Origin: a virus
Virus record (IMG/VR): IMGVR_UViG_3300021197_001995
Span: 32,001-96,000 of that record
Reading direction: 5' to 3' (one strand)
Length of the DNA stretch: 64,000 nt
Positions 22,901 through 32,600 of the stretch are shown here, piece after piece. The notes under the pieces are model-generated. The model had not been told where the DNA came from. It saw only the letters and a program-made list of their open reading frames with translations, and did no database searches. The translations under genes and the position numbers were made by a program. Each line of letters begins with the position of its first letter. The stretch's first letter is position 1.

Positions 22901-23132
22901 GATTGACTTTAACTTTGATTACGAATTGTCCAGAAGGCCTAGTGATTCGTCATCAGGATCCCGCTCAGCAAGCCTCGATGCACACTGCGCGGTACAAACA
23001 ATAGAGAAAAACGAGAATATAGAACAGAGCTATGTATCTTCCAGACAAGCAATCGTAGAGCGTTCCTCTCAGCCGGCTAGTCAGCCCGGCCCAAGAGAGG
23101 GCCCTAACGGGCCCGGCAACGATGATTACTGA
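19977..23132 (+). CDS. Large hypothetical structural protein with an FN3-like segment
   Basis: 1051-aa ORF; FIDNEVSIGGKYKYNIYAI resembles the FN3 D..V..G..Y.Y.I.A pattern. Confidence 0.5.
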   Translation: MTEEYKDLCIEIPDNTTDIAAANAPTAPWRPMESAGYSAADSLRDPASDFEEAVTRREIDRGLIQIGKREIKMYPQQFVYNFPEFNALPNRRYYQVGLNKPFLQSTGLTVRQPPSMNPADYKSTESIKNVINLQDPLRFVSGKVFSEISGRRHIQVEQEQSRFSILNNKALPSLGRPNEGDEGTYPLAGEQDPELAIYIPMPNRANADWDYDDYTHFASVEVTCHLEAQRYYRLEVTPNQVNFADSEPLQAGREYLKTLIPSEDKIFEDTRFKTHAAFHKSELDHMETFPKFYAEAKVVTPLRDSPAEQRYAHTQPLSERQSGYYQVESPERKNLKNIYEGFLSSSIAHDESFRNRLISQGYRADIVLYDAETYDDCAEQAVVEKYPASEIELIGRLNNLIFSNIEEEEPGDRKRWIDVNSDGFVELSFRMPNPEESNWARHFKDNYADIPFLTMLDNLHSRRLPDSPPIYDTLYAYNLEMSVLDDQSPNEQDDFYRAPDLENPYYSPNEKTVFEYRPRKVDHVFTYMREWLSSILPRNQSAAGRRVALNDYFSKKGFPLLFDRSESTFSAPGRSVLARRLRESPMHALADLDGSMYPSRSNNFTFNNSAMHPRKIFTEESCPSEILAFRVEKINTFSGQVLKEFYFFNNPETTDFTFIDNEVSIGGKYKYNIYAINLVAGVKYQYSNPSTDNSGLARVIQDTGRINPDIEFKLKIFPHHKIVETPYFSQDVTFVDLPPVHPSVSLHKMTSGANTDTSFRYLFSPRIDHTAEVPISLRSGDQELISSMIQAQSSVSISDLEPGAVRYSSDTKPTHYEMFVLDEAPIGYSDFQNADYYETTADAPYFNFIAPENQDRYLVFRTRDLGGISNPGPMFRFRFNKYGDGSYHEFEIYEPVDTSALDPLTCERYLSIRPSSIQSSYDFGLGQQPSQDDLRILLGTAPEIDSVSIGLAPEQSSIWGKRYKIRLKSRATGRMIDFNFDYELSRRPSDSSSGSRSASLDAHCAVQTIEKNENIEQSYVSSRQAIVERSSQPASQPGPREGPNGPGNDDY

Positions 23133-23206
23133 ACATGAGTCAGATACTTTGTAATAATTTAGCAAATAAAAGATCACAAATATAAGAGAATTATTATTTA
23201 TAAAAC

Positions 23207-23214
23207 ACTATTTA
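23207..23214 (+). promoter_or_regulatory. ACTATTTA late-promoter-like motif
   Basis: Intergenic copy of a motif recurring before structural genes. Confidence 0.6.
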
Positions 23215-23246
23215 TTAGTGATTTTACATAACAAAAGGAGCACAAA

Positions 23247-24293
23247 ATGGCATTTTTGGACAACTCAGGAGACATTATTCTAGACGCAGTACTCACTGAC
23301 ATCGGGAGAAAGCGTCTCGCAGCAGGAAGATTTAACATCTATAAGTTCGCCTTAGGGGATGAAGAGATCAACTATGAATTGTGGAATTCCAACGACGCCA
23401 GGGGTACAGCCTTTTATGATTTAGAAATACTTCAGACTCCCATTTTGGAGGCTTTTACTAGCGATCAATCTCTTATGAAATCTAGGTTAGTTACTTTTTC
23501 TAGAACTGATCATCTTTACATGCCAATCTTCAAGGTGAACAACAAAAGTGTTGATCAGTTTAACTACAACAGTCCTATCGTCAATACAGATAACCAGTTC
23601 TACATAGTGGCAGATCAACTGACTCACACTATCAACGACACAAACCCGGTCGCCGATGCGCCATCCGGCTGGATCTACGGCGTCCCGGGGCAAAATCATG
23701 TAAACCCGACCAAATGCATCGCGATTGATCAAGGCATAGACTCTGCTGCCGGCGGCCGCAACATAACGACATCAATGGATGAAGAACTCCTAGAGACAGC
23801 GTTCATCGTAAAAGTAGACAACAGACTTTTGTCGATGGCCACAGTCTCTGGCCAAGGCAATGAGGCCGCCAACACAGTAATTCGAACACCACAATATTTG
23901 GATGATGATTATGTTGCTTCTTATTATTTCGTCCGCGGACAAGTACAAGGCGCAATCAAAAACCAACCAGGTGGCAACGGTCCCAACTTCCGTAACCGCA
24001 GCGCGATAATGCCAGGCATGTCGGCCGTGGAACAGTCAAGGGCTGAAGGTTTTGAAATGTTTCTGGGCCCATTAGGTAGGACTTTGCAGATCTGCCCAGT
24101 TGTGAAAACTGAACTACAGCATGGCACATCCGTCTTTGAAGAGCTCGGAGCCCTGAGTTCTACAGATTTGACGTACAAGACTGTTGGAGACATTACCAAC
24201 CACTACTACATAGACACTACAATAACAGTACAAGGTATGACGACTGGGTATTCCATCGACATACCGGTAAAAATAATAAAAGGAAAATTTTGA
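23247..24293 (+). CDS. Baseplate-associated structural protein
   Basis: SD AAGGAG, upstream ACTATTTA; DAVLTDIGRKRLAAGRF...FALGDEEINY motif shared with 15633 ORF. Confidence 0.6.
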   Translation: MAFLDNSGDIILDAVLTDIGRKRLAAGRFNIYKFALGDEEINYELWNSNDARGTAFYDLEILQTPILEAFTSDQSLMKSRLVTFSRTDHLYMPIFKVNNKSVDQFNYNSPIVNTDNQFYIVADQLTHTINDTNPVADAPSGWIYGVPGQNHVNPTKCIAIDQGIDSAAGGRNITTSMDEELLETAFIVKVDNRLLSMATVSGQGNEAANTVIRTPQYLDDDYVASYYFVRGQVQGAIKNQPGGNGPNFRNRSAIMPGMSAVEQSRAEGFEMFLGPLGRTLQICPVVKTELQHGTSVFEELGALSSTDLTYKTVGDITNHYYIDTTITVQGMTTGYSIDIPVKIIKGKF

Positions 24294-24315
24294 TAATTCA
24301 ATTTAGGAGAAACCA

Positions 24316-25794
24316 ATGAGCGCGATTTCATTTAAAACTTTAACACAAGACGACGTCACAACGTCTAGAACTTTACTGCACGAATCAATACCAATAACCG
24401 GAACACTAGTGTCGGGAACCTATGAGACGTCTTCAGTGACGTCAAGGGGCCTGAACGTGAAAACATTCTCCCATGGAATGTTTCAGTCGGTTTACGATTA
24501 TCCGTATGCCTCGTCTTCGGCAAACCACATCTTTGACCTGACCGTGGGATGTAGCACCGGATCCTATTCGGCTTCAGGTTCCATCGAAGCATTAAACAAA
24601 GAATCCGCCGCCCAGGTATCAAAGAAGGTAAACATGTACAACCAAATGGCCCAGATACTTGTGGGTTATGATACTAACGGAAACATCAGAAGATTCGATC
24701 GAGACGGCGACTATGGCACGACTACCGATAAGATGGACGACATGGTTTTTATGAATTTTTCTAGGCTCTTAGTAAAAGATGAAATAAAGAAGGGCTCCTT
24801 CGAACTTAAGCTCGGTACTAATCCGGCTTGGGAAAAGGGACAGTCCCAAGAGCTTGTAACAATTACAGATGCATCTGCCACTACTAGCTATAGAGCTAAC
24901 TCCCCCGCCGGCGAATATGGTTTTCTTAAGAAATCTGGAGTCAATAATGATGTTGCAGCCACTGCTACTGTTACGATTTCAGCCTTCGGTAATTTAGCTA
25001 CTACCGGCGACAAGATTGTGTTCCACACTACCGACGGCACTGCGATCACTGCATCGGTAGCCGCCTCCACTACCGCCACAGACACTAACATCGTGACCTT
25101 CGTTGCTGCAGGAAATAACAACACTACCGCTGCCAACTTGGCTTCCTGCTTGAATGCCAATAGTAAGATTACAGCTACAGCCAACAACGCCGTCGTCACA
25201 ATCACCCAGGCACCTGGGTTTACAGGTAACGGAGCCATAACATTGACCGATGCCGGCTCAGCTGGGATGACTAAAACGGATTTTACTGGTGGGATTACAG
25301 CCACTATCGGATTGATTTATTATCAAGCTGGTATAGTGGCACTTACAGCTAGCGCTGTCGGCACCGCCGCGGCCCGCCCGGGCGAAACAGTAGATGTTCA
25401 ACTAATGCCTGGGGATGGCGCCTCCGTAGCTGCAGGAACTAGCATAACGCTTCTCAGATCTGGATCCATGGATTCTTTTTCGGACGGAGTTAGAAATAGG
25501 ATCCACAACATAAAGTTCAACAATACGACAGAACTTAACTCAACGATTTACTTCTGCAGAGCAAACAAGGGCGAATTCAACTACAGTTCAAACCCAACTT
25601 ATCTTACGGGAAGTAAAATAAGAGTAAAAGAAGACCCGGGCACAAACGAGTACAAAAACATGCCAATGTCTTACGTCACAACGGTGGGTTTATATTCTCC
25701 AGATAACGAACTTCTGGCAGTTGCGAAGCTATCAGAACCAGTAAAGAAGACTCCAATAAATGAGTTGAACCTGAGAGTTAGATTGGATTATTAA
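24316..25794 (+). CDS. Baseplate-associated structural protein with one inserted repeat domain
   Basis: SD AGGAG; C-terminal FNYSSNPT...YVTTVGLY...LLAVAKL..PVKK motif; paralog of 25797 ORF. Confidence 0.6.
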   Translation: MSAISFKTLTQDDVTTSRTLLHESIPITGTLVSGTYETSSVTSRGLNVKTFSHGMFQSVYDYPYASSSANHIFDLTVGCSTGSYSASGSIEALNKESAAQVSKKVNMYNQMAQILVGYDTNGNIRRFDRDGDYGTTTDKMDDMVFMNFSRLLVKDEIKKGSFELKLGTNPAWEKGQSQELVTITDASATTSYRANSPAGEYGFLKKSGVNNDVAATATVTISAFGNLATTGDKIVFHTTDGTAITASVAASTTATDTNIVTFVAAGNNNTTAANLASCLNANSKITATANNAVVTITQAPGFTGNGAITLTDAGSAGMTKTDFTGGITATIGLIYYQAGIVALTASAVGTAAARPGETVDVQLMPGDGASVAAGTSITLLRSGSMDSFSDGVRNRIHNIKFNNTTELNSTIYFCRANKGEFNYSSNPTYLTGSKIRVKEDPGTNEYKNMPMSYVTTVGLYSPDNELLAVAKLSEPVKKTPINELNLRVRLDY

Positions 25795-25796
25795 AA

Positions 25797-27002
25797 ATGA
25801 CCTTCAAAAGATTTCGAGCGAAAGACATAGTAATGAATACTATTGTAACAAAGCCAGAAATCAATTTTTTGGTCAGCAATGGAAAAGTACATTATCAATT
25901 CGAGCGCTCACAAGCTGGAAACTTTTCAAACAATGTAAAACACATACCCTCCGGACACATAAGTCTTTTAGAAAGTAACATCAACCGGCCGTCCGATTCA
26001 TTGATTTATCCCTTTATCGAGAAGTCTAGCACCAGATATGCGTGGAAAACTATAAGTACTAGCAGGTTTGATGACAATGCACAGTTCTTGTATGGGGATA
26101 CCCTGACAGGCTCGTATCCAGATAGTGCTACTTTAAGTAGGATCTACATACCATCAGGCCAAGAATTCAGTACGGATGTGGGAACTGCCACCGAGGTTTC
26201 TGCCCACGGAAACAAGAAATATATCCGAGCGCTCAAGAACAGCATAAATTCTCAAGAAAATTTAGGTTACGGGATCTCTTATGGTGACCTCGGAACAAAA
26301 GCCGCGAATCTTATTTGTGTGCCTGGCATCTTTTATGGATCTCAAATAGCAAGAGGGACCATTGAATTAGAACACTATGTCACGGGCACTTTAACATCTA
26401 AAGCAACCGACAAGTTTTCCGACGGCCGTCTAATACAGGTCTCCGGAGCTGCTGACTACAATGATAAACAAGTGGGATTGGCGGTATACAACCAGGGCAT
26501 GTTGGTGTTGACCGGATCCTGGGATCTGCATGCTCACTCGCCAGAGAACTTTCTGGCTCCATCTAGTAGCTCTACACCAAAATGGATAAATTTTGGCACC
26601 GGCACTCCACAAGTCGGAACTCAGCTAGCTCACGTATCTCCTACTGGGTCAACATACTTGGTTAAGTTTAAGGGTGTCAACAAGATACCAACGATAACCA
26701 TGTACGCTTATTCTCAAATGGCAGAGGATAATTTTTCAAGTAATCCGACGTTTACGACGACTGTATCCTCAACCGTGGATAACGTACGAACTGATGCCTA
26801 TCATGAAACCCCCCAGAACATTGCCTCAATTAACAAATCTCCTTATGCAGATCATGAAGAGCATTTCGAAAACACGACCTATATTTCTAAGATAGGAATC
26901 TACGACAAACATAAAAACCTTATAGCAATTGCCTCGCTGGCCAACCCTGTTAGGAAAACCGAAAAGAGAGACTTCCTGTTTAAGATAGGCCTAGATTTCT
27001 AG
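25797..27002 (+). CDS. Baseplate-associated structural protein (paralog of 24316 ORF, without the insert)
   Basis: NFSSNPT...YISKIGIY...LIAIASL..PVRK C-terminus. Confidence 0.6.
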   Translation: MTFKRFRAKDIVMNTIVTKPEINFLVSNGKVHYQFERSQAGNFSNNVKHIPSGHISLLESNINRPSDSLIYPFIEKSSTRYAWKTISTSRFDDNAQFLYGDTLTGSYPDSATLSRIYIPSGQEFSTDVGTATEVSAHGNKKYIRALKNSINSQENLGYGISYGDLGTKAANLICVPGIFYGSQIARGTIELEHYVTGTLTSKATDKFSDGRLIQVSGAADYNDKQVGLAVYNQGMLVLTGSWDLHAHSPENFLAPSSSSTPKWINFGTGTPQVGTQLAHVSPTGSTYLVKFKGVNKIPTITMYAYSQMAEDNFSSNPTFTTTVSSTVDNVRTDAYHETPQNIASINKSPYADHEEHFENTTYISKIGIYDKHKNLIAIASLANPVRKTEKRDFLFKIGLDF

Positions 27003-27649
27003 TGGACTCCAAGCTGAGAAAACGAAAAATGAAGTTCTTGGCTCTAAAGATAACATCTCTAAAGTCAGAACTCGAAGCCTCAAACGGAATACTTAGAGAC
27101 GCCGCGGCCGAAGTGGAAAAGATGTTCAGCGAGAAGTATGACCCACCAAAAAAAGAAAAACCTGAAGAAGAAAAAGAACTAAAAAAAGTGCCTCCAAAAC
27201 AGGCGCGCCCTGAAAGCGAAGAAGAGCAAGGCGATGAAGAGTCACTTGAGATAAAAAAAGAAGAAAAACACCCAGAGGTAAAAAAGCTGTTCAGAAAAAT
27301 CTCAACCAAAATACACCCTGATAAGCTAGAAGACCTCAAAGATGGACCGGAGAAAGATAAGAAAACTCAACTGTATCAAAAAGCAAGGCTAGCCCTAGAA
27401 GAAAACGACCTGCTGACACTGTCAGAAGTAGCCCTAGAATTAGACTTGGAGATTCCAGAGATAACAGAAGAAGTAATAAAAGAAGCAGAAGAAAAGATTT
27501 CTTCTATAAAGAGAGAGATAGATGGTGTAAAATCTACAATTGTATGGCACTGGTTTTTCGCCGAAGGAAAGGAAAAGAAAGATGAGATTTTAAAAATCTT
27601 ATTTAAAAAAATGTATGAACAAAGAAAAAACAAAAATCCTAGGACTTGA
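27002..27649 (+). CDS. J-domain-like (DnaJ co-chaperone) protein
   Basis: VKKLFRKISTKIHPDKL...KTQLYQKARLALEE: basic helix II, HPD motif, helix III. Start may be ATG 27029. Confidence 0.65.
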   Translation: MDSKLRKRKMKFLALKITSLKSELEASNGILRDAAAEVEKMFSEKYDPPKKEKPEEEKELKKVPPKQARPESEEEQGDEESLEIKKEEKHPEVKKLFRKISTKIHPDKLEDLKDGPEKDKKTQLYQKARLALEENDLLTLSEVALELDLEIPEITEEVIKEAEEKISSIKREIDGVKSTIVWHWFFAEGKEKKDEILKILFKKMYEQRKNKNPRT

Positions 27650-28166
27650 TATCTCAACATCGATCACCGGTGCGACAGTCCTCCGAGATGGAAAGATAAT
27701 AGAAAGTATCTACTGGGACACGAGAAATAAAAAATACTTCCCTACTCTCTACGAGAAGGCAATGCTTATAAAGCAAAACCTTCTAGACATCCGGTCACAA
27801 CACGAGATAAGTGAAATTTTTATAGAACAGTCACTCCAATCTTTTCGTTCAGGATTCTCGTCAGCAAAAACTTTGTCGACATTATCCAGATTTAATGGTA
27901 TAGTATCTTGGTTGTGTTTTGAAAATTTCCAAATCCAACCACAGATGATCGGAGCTAGCTCTGCTAGAAAGAAAGCCGGCGTAGAAATCAAGAGAGGAGA
28001 AAATTCCAAAGAAAAAGTTCTTCAGTTTGTTCTTGACAATTTCCCCCAAATTGAGATACAATATACAAAGCATGGAAATCCAAAACCAGGAATGTATGAC
28101 CTATGCGACAGTATTATAATAGCACTCGCGGGAGACAAAGTTGTCGGAGAAACTAAAATTACTTAA
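27615..28166 (+). CDS. RuvC-like Holliday junction resolvase
   Basis: ILGLDISTSITG, IFIEQ and DLCDSIIIA acidic RuvC catalytic motifs. Confidence 0.8.
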   Translation: MNKEKTKILGLDISTSITGATVLRDGKIIESIYWDTRNKKYFPTLYEKAMLIKQNLLDIRSQHEISEIFIEQSLQSFRSGFSSAKTLSTLSRFNGIVSWLCFENFQIQPQMIGASSARKKAGVEIKRGENSKEKVLQFVLDNFPQIEIQYTKHGNPKPGMYDLCDSIIIALAGDKVVGETKIT

Positions 28167-29058
28167 AAGGGCCCTTGGCCACTGCTGGACCAACGAAGAA
28201 GAACATCAGTTTCACTGCCCTAAGTGCAACCACCACAAATTAAAGCTCTCAGTAAACATCGACAAAGGAGTCTTCAAATGCTGGATTTGTGAGTACTCAG
28301 GGACTAAAATTTCCCCACTCATTCGCAGGTTTGCCCCATCCTACTATGCAGACTGGCGCTTGCTTGAGGGCGAGGTCGACCTGGACAAGTACGACACTAT
28401 CTTTGCAGAGCAAGAAGAACTACCACCTCAGGTAATCGATTTACCAGAGAACTTCCAAACGCTTACAGGCAAAAAGACAAGAGTAAAGCGAAAAGCACTT
28501 AACTATCTTTACTCTAGAGGATTTACAGACACGGACATCCTGGCTTGGAAAATAGGCTTTTGTGATTTTGGAGAATACCAAGACAGGGTAATCGTTCCAT
28601 CTTTCGACGTTCAGGGAAACTTAAACTTCTTTATTGCTAGATCTTATACGGATGACTGGATGAAATACAAGAACCCAAAAGTAAGCAAGGACATTATCTT
28701 TAATGGATTGAACGTTGACTGGGATAGCGACATAGTGTTAGTGGAGGGTGTGTTCGATGCAATGAAGTGCAGAAACGCAATTCCTTTACTTGGCTCAACA
28801 CTTCGGGAAAACTCAATCCTATTCCAGAAAATCTGTGAAAGAAAACCAAATGTCTACCTGGCTCTCGACGATGACGTGAAAGACAAAGAGTTCGGAATCG
28901 CGAAGAGGTTAAGAGAATACGGAATAAATGCCATGTCGATCAAGATTACGCCATACGCAGACATCGGAGAAATGCCAGTAGAAATTGTAGAAGAACGGAA
29001 ACAAAATGCTGACATTGTTTCCGATTTAGACTATTTACATTACAAACTTGACTTTTAG
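28141..29058 (+). CDS. DNA primase (zinc finger + TOPRIM)
   Basis: CPKC...CWIC zinc ribbon; VEGVFD and LALDDD TOPRIM motifs; KYKNP. Confidence 0.85.
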   Translation: MSEKLKLLKRALGHCWTNEEEHQFHCPKCNHHKLKLSVNIDKGVFKCWICEYSGTKISPLIRRFAPSYYADWRLLEGEVDLDKYDTIFAEQEELPPQVIDLPENFQTLTGKKTRVKRKALNYLYSRGFTDTDILAWKIGFCDFGEYQDRVIVPSFDVQGNLNFFIARSYTDDWMKYKNPKVSKDIIFNGLNVDWDSDIVLVEGVFDAMKCRNAIPLLGSTLRENSILFQKICERKPNVYLALDDDVKDKEFGIAKRLREYGINAMSIKITPYADIGEMPVEIVEERKQNADIVSDLDYLHYKLDF

Positions 29059-29068
29059 GAGCACAATA

Positions 29069-29239
29069 ATGGAACTTACAAAAAGAAGACTAAAGGAAAT
29101 CATCGCAGAAGAGATGAACCACTTAGCAGAAACAGGTGACCTCAACATGATCACCGAATCAGAAAAGAAAGCATTCGCTATCATTCTTGAGAAACTTACA
29201 CCAACTCAACTAGAGGACCTCGGCCTCAAGAGAGTTTGA
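29069..29239 (+). CDS. Small protein with N-terminal LKEIIAEE motif (candidate internal head protein)
   Basis: SD AGGAG before ATG 29069; ACTATTTA at 29030. Confidence 0.6.
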   Translation: MELTKRRLKEIIAEEMNHLAETGDLNMITESEKKAFAIILEKLTPTQLEDLGLKRV

Positions 29240-29240
29240 T

Positions 29241-29624
29241 ATGAAAAGGTCAGAACTTATCAAAATTATAAAAGAAGAGGCAAACCGTGTTTTAAAGGAA
29301 CAGAATACGGAGGCCACAATCCCCGGCGCGCCCGAGGGCATCACTGCAAGCTGGCTGCACTCACAACTGATTCAGATACAGCAAGCTTTGTCAGAGGACA
29401 GCCCTGTATTTGGTCAAATTTTATCTTTAGTCAGTGCAGTTGCCCCAGAAGAAGGCACGCCAGATGAAGAAAACGCCATCAGGAACGCTGATGGTAAAGT
29501 TTCAAGTTTCGCTAGAAAATCTTCAACGAATAGCACTCATTTCCGCCCAGCCGGCGACCGCCGCAGGCCCGAGCCAGGAACCAATGCAGATGGTTACACC
29601 GCACTAAAGAGAGATAGAGAATAA
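29241..29624 (+). CDS. Protein with N-terminal LIKIIKEE motif (candidate internal head protein)
   Basis: 127-aa ORF starting MKRSELIKIIKEE. Confidence 0.55.
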   Translation: MKRSELIKIIKEEANRVLKEQNTEATIPGAPEGITASWLHSQLIQIQQALSEDSPVFGQILSLVSAVAPEEGTPDEENAIRNADGKVSSFARKSSTNSTHFRPAGDRRRPEPGTNADGYTALKRDRE

Positions 29625-29639
29625 GGGTCAAATAAACAC

Positions 29640-29668
29640 TTGACACTCCTACCGAACCCTGCTATACT
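29640..29668 (+). promoter_or_regulatory. Sigma70-type promoter
   Basis: TTGACA-17 bp-TATACT with extended -10 TG, 30 bp upstream of the SbcDC gene. Confidence 0.85.
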
Positions 29669-29698
29669 TAGAGCATAACAATTATTCATGGAGAATAG

Positions 29699-32600
29699 AT
29701 GAGATTTGCTCACATTGCGGATACACACATCCGAAACTTAAAATATCATTTTGAATACAAAGACGTATTTCAACAACTTTATAAATCGCTAAAAGAAGAG
29801 AAGGTGGATTACATTATCCACTGCGGAGACATCGCACACACCAAGACACAAATCTCACCAGAGTTTGTAGACATGTGTAGGGATTTCTTTCAGAACCTCG
29901 CGGCCATTGCACCGACCTATATTATTTTAGGTAATCACGACGGCAACCTTCGCAACGGCTCTAGACAAGACGCTCTTTCGCCAATTGCAAAGGCAATCAA
30001 TGACCCAAACCTCATCCTGCTAAAGAACGCCGGCGAAACAAAAATCAATGATAAGTTTTGTCTAAACGTTTTATCTGTGTTTGATGAAGAAAACTGGACG
30101 GAACCAACAGATTACAGCCTAGTTAACATAGCGTTATATCACGGCGCTATTGATAAATCTAAGACAGACCAGAACTGGACACTAGGCGGCGACCACAGTA
30201 TCGAAATTTTTGAAGAGTTTGACTTTGCTTTTCTTGGAGATATTCACAAAACACAACAACTAGATAAAGAAGGGAGAGTTTGGTATGCTGGTTCTACCGT
30301 TCAACAAAATTTTGGTGAGTCACTGGATAAAGGTTACCTCCTATGGGATATTGAAGATAGAAATAGCTTTACCAACAGGCTCATTACCTTTGACAATCCA
30401 AAGCCTTTCGTTACTCTTGCCTTAACCAAGAATGGAAACCTACCCAGACAAAGACCCCCTGAAGGTGCACGTCTGAGAATCGTATCGGTCGACAACGTGT
30501 CTCTGGACAAAGTTCGCAAGGCTGTCGATATAGTTAAGTATCGATACAAGCCTGAGTCAGTAACGTACCTCAACAGAGCAGCTGGTAAGCAGATTCAAGT
30601 GGCTGCACCGGAGGGGTTGCAAAAACAGGATCTTCGCGACCTCAAGACTCAGGAGACTCTCATGGCTGAGTATCTAAAGGAGTTCGACGCCACCGATGAA
30701 GTTTTGGAAAAGGTTTACAATCTAAACAAAGAATACAACAAACAAATAGAAGAGAACGAGGACGTCATGAGGAACGTCAACTGGTCTCTGCAAAGTTTAG
30801 AGTGGGATAACCTTTTTAATTACGGAGAGGGTAATTCAATAGACTTTACAAAATTAGAAGGTATTGTTGGTATCTTCGGAAAGAACTACTCAGGCAAGTC
30901 TTCCATTGTGGACACTCTTCTTTATTCTATGTACAACTCTACTTCGAAGTCTATTCGTAAGAACTTGAACATTATTAATCAGAACAGAGATAGTTGCATC
31001 GCCACAGCGACAATAAAGGTTGACGATACTGATTACATCATAGAAAGAAAGTCGGATAAGTATACTAAGAGGCTGAAGGGAGTAGAGACTCAGGAAGCTA
31101 CCACCGACCTTGAGTTCTATGCCAAGGACATGGTTGGCAATCACACCGGCTTAAACGGCACCTCACGGCAAGACACAGACAAGAACGTTAGAAAGTACTT
31201 CGGAACTCTTCCTGACTTCCTAGCGACGTCTATGGCCTCTCAGTTAGACTCGCTATCTTTCATAAATGAAGGTTCAACAAAGCGAAAAGAATTTCTAGCT
31301 AAGTTCTTGGATTTGGAAATCTTCGATAAGAAGTTCAAAATGGCCAAAGAAGCTTCCGCCGAAACAAAGGCAGCACTGCGCAGACACGAAGATATTGATT
31401 TTGAAACTCAGATAAAATCCATAAAATCAGAAATCGCGAAGAGTGAATTTGCCATAGAGGGGAACAAGGCTGTTTGTGTCTCGCTGAAGGAAGTCGCCCG
31501 CGAAACGACACAAGAACTCCACGAAATACAGACAAAGATAGAATCCGTCCCTGCAGAAATCATCGACCCGGTACTCACATCACGAAAAATCGAGATCAAA
31601 GAAAGAGCAATCCTTCAAACCGCGGCAAGAAAAACTGCAGCCCAAAAGAACTTACTGGAGAACGAAGGAAAATTTGAGAAAATTGAACAGTTTTTATCTG
31701 CGTTCCAGATAGGTTCTTACGAAGAAAAGAAGATCTTGATCGATAAAAATTCTGAAAAGCTCGACAGTCTACTGTCGGAGCTAAAGAGGGAAAGCGAATC
31801 CAAAGCCTCAAATAAATTAAAAGAAAAGCTTTTGTCCCAAGTACCCTGCGGTTCCGAATTCCCGACTTGTAAATTTATTAAGGATGCACACCAAGCAGTA
31901 GAGCTGGTTCAGATTGCCGAGAACTCGATGAGGGGAATCTCTAAAGAGATTAACGACTTGGGTATAAAAATTGAAGATCTAGATCCAATAAAGACGAATA
32001 GTCACATTCAAAAATACAATCAACTAACTGAGAAGAGAAATGCCATTGCGACAATCATCGCATCAAGCAAATTAACAATCGAAAGAGCAGACAGTAGTTT
32101 GTTTAAAGAGCAGGTGGAACTTCAAGAGCTTAGAGAAAAGAGTTTAGAATATGAAGAAAACAAAGAGTCAATTGAAAATTTGAAACAGCTTCTCAGCACC
32201 AGAGAAAGACTGAAGGAAGACATCATCTCTAAAGAAAAAGAAATGGCAAACTGTGAAATAAAAGTAATGCAACTTCACAAGAAGCACGGATCACTAGAAC
32301 AGAAGCTGGAACACACTCAGAATAATTTCGAAGAGTATGAAACCCTCAAAGAGGACTTCGCGGCGCATCATTTGTTCATGACGTGTTGTCATCCGAATGG
32401 CGTATCCTACGAAATCATCAAAGAAAGGTTGCCGTACATCAACCAAGAGATTGCAAAGATCTTAACCAACATCGTAGAGTTTGAGGTGTTCATCTCCAAC
32501 AACGAAGATAAGCTCGACATCTTCATCAAGCATGCAAGTCATGACCCCCGACCACTAGAGATGGGGTCAGGAGCAGAGAAGACGATTGCATCAATGGCCA

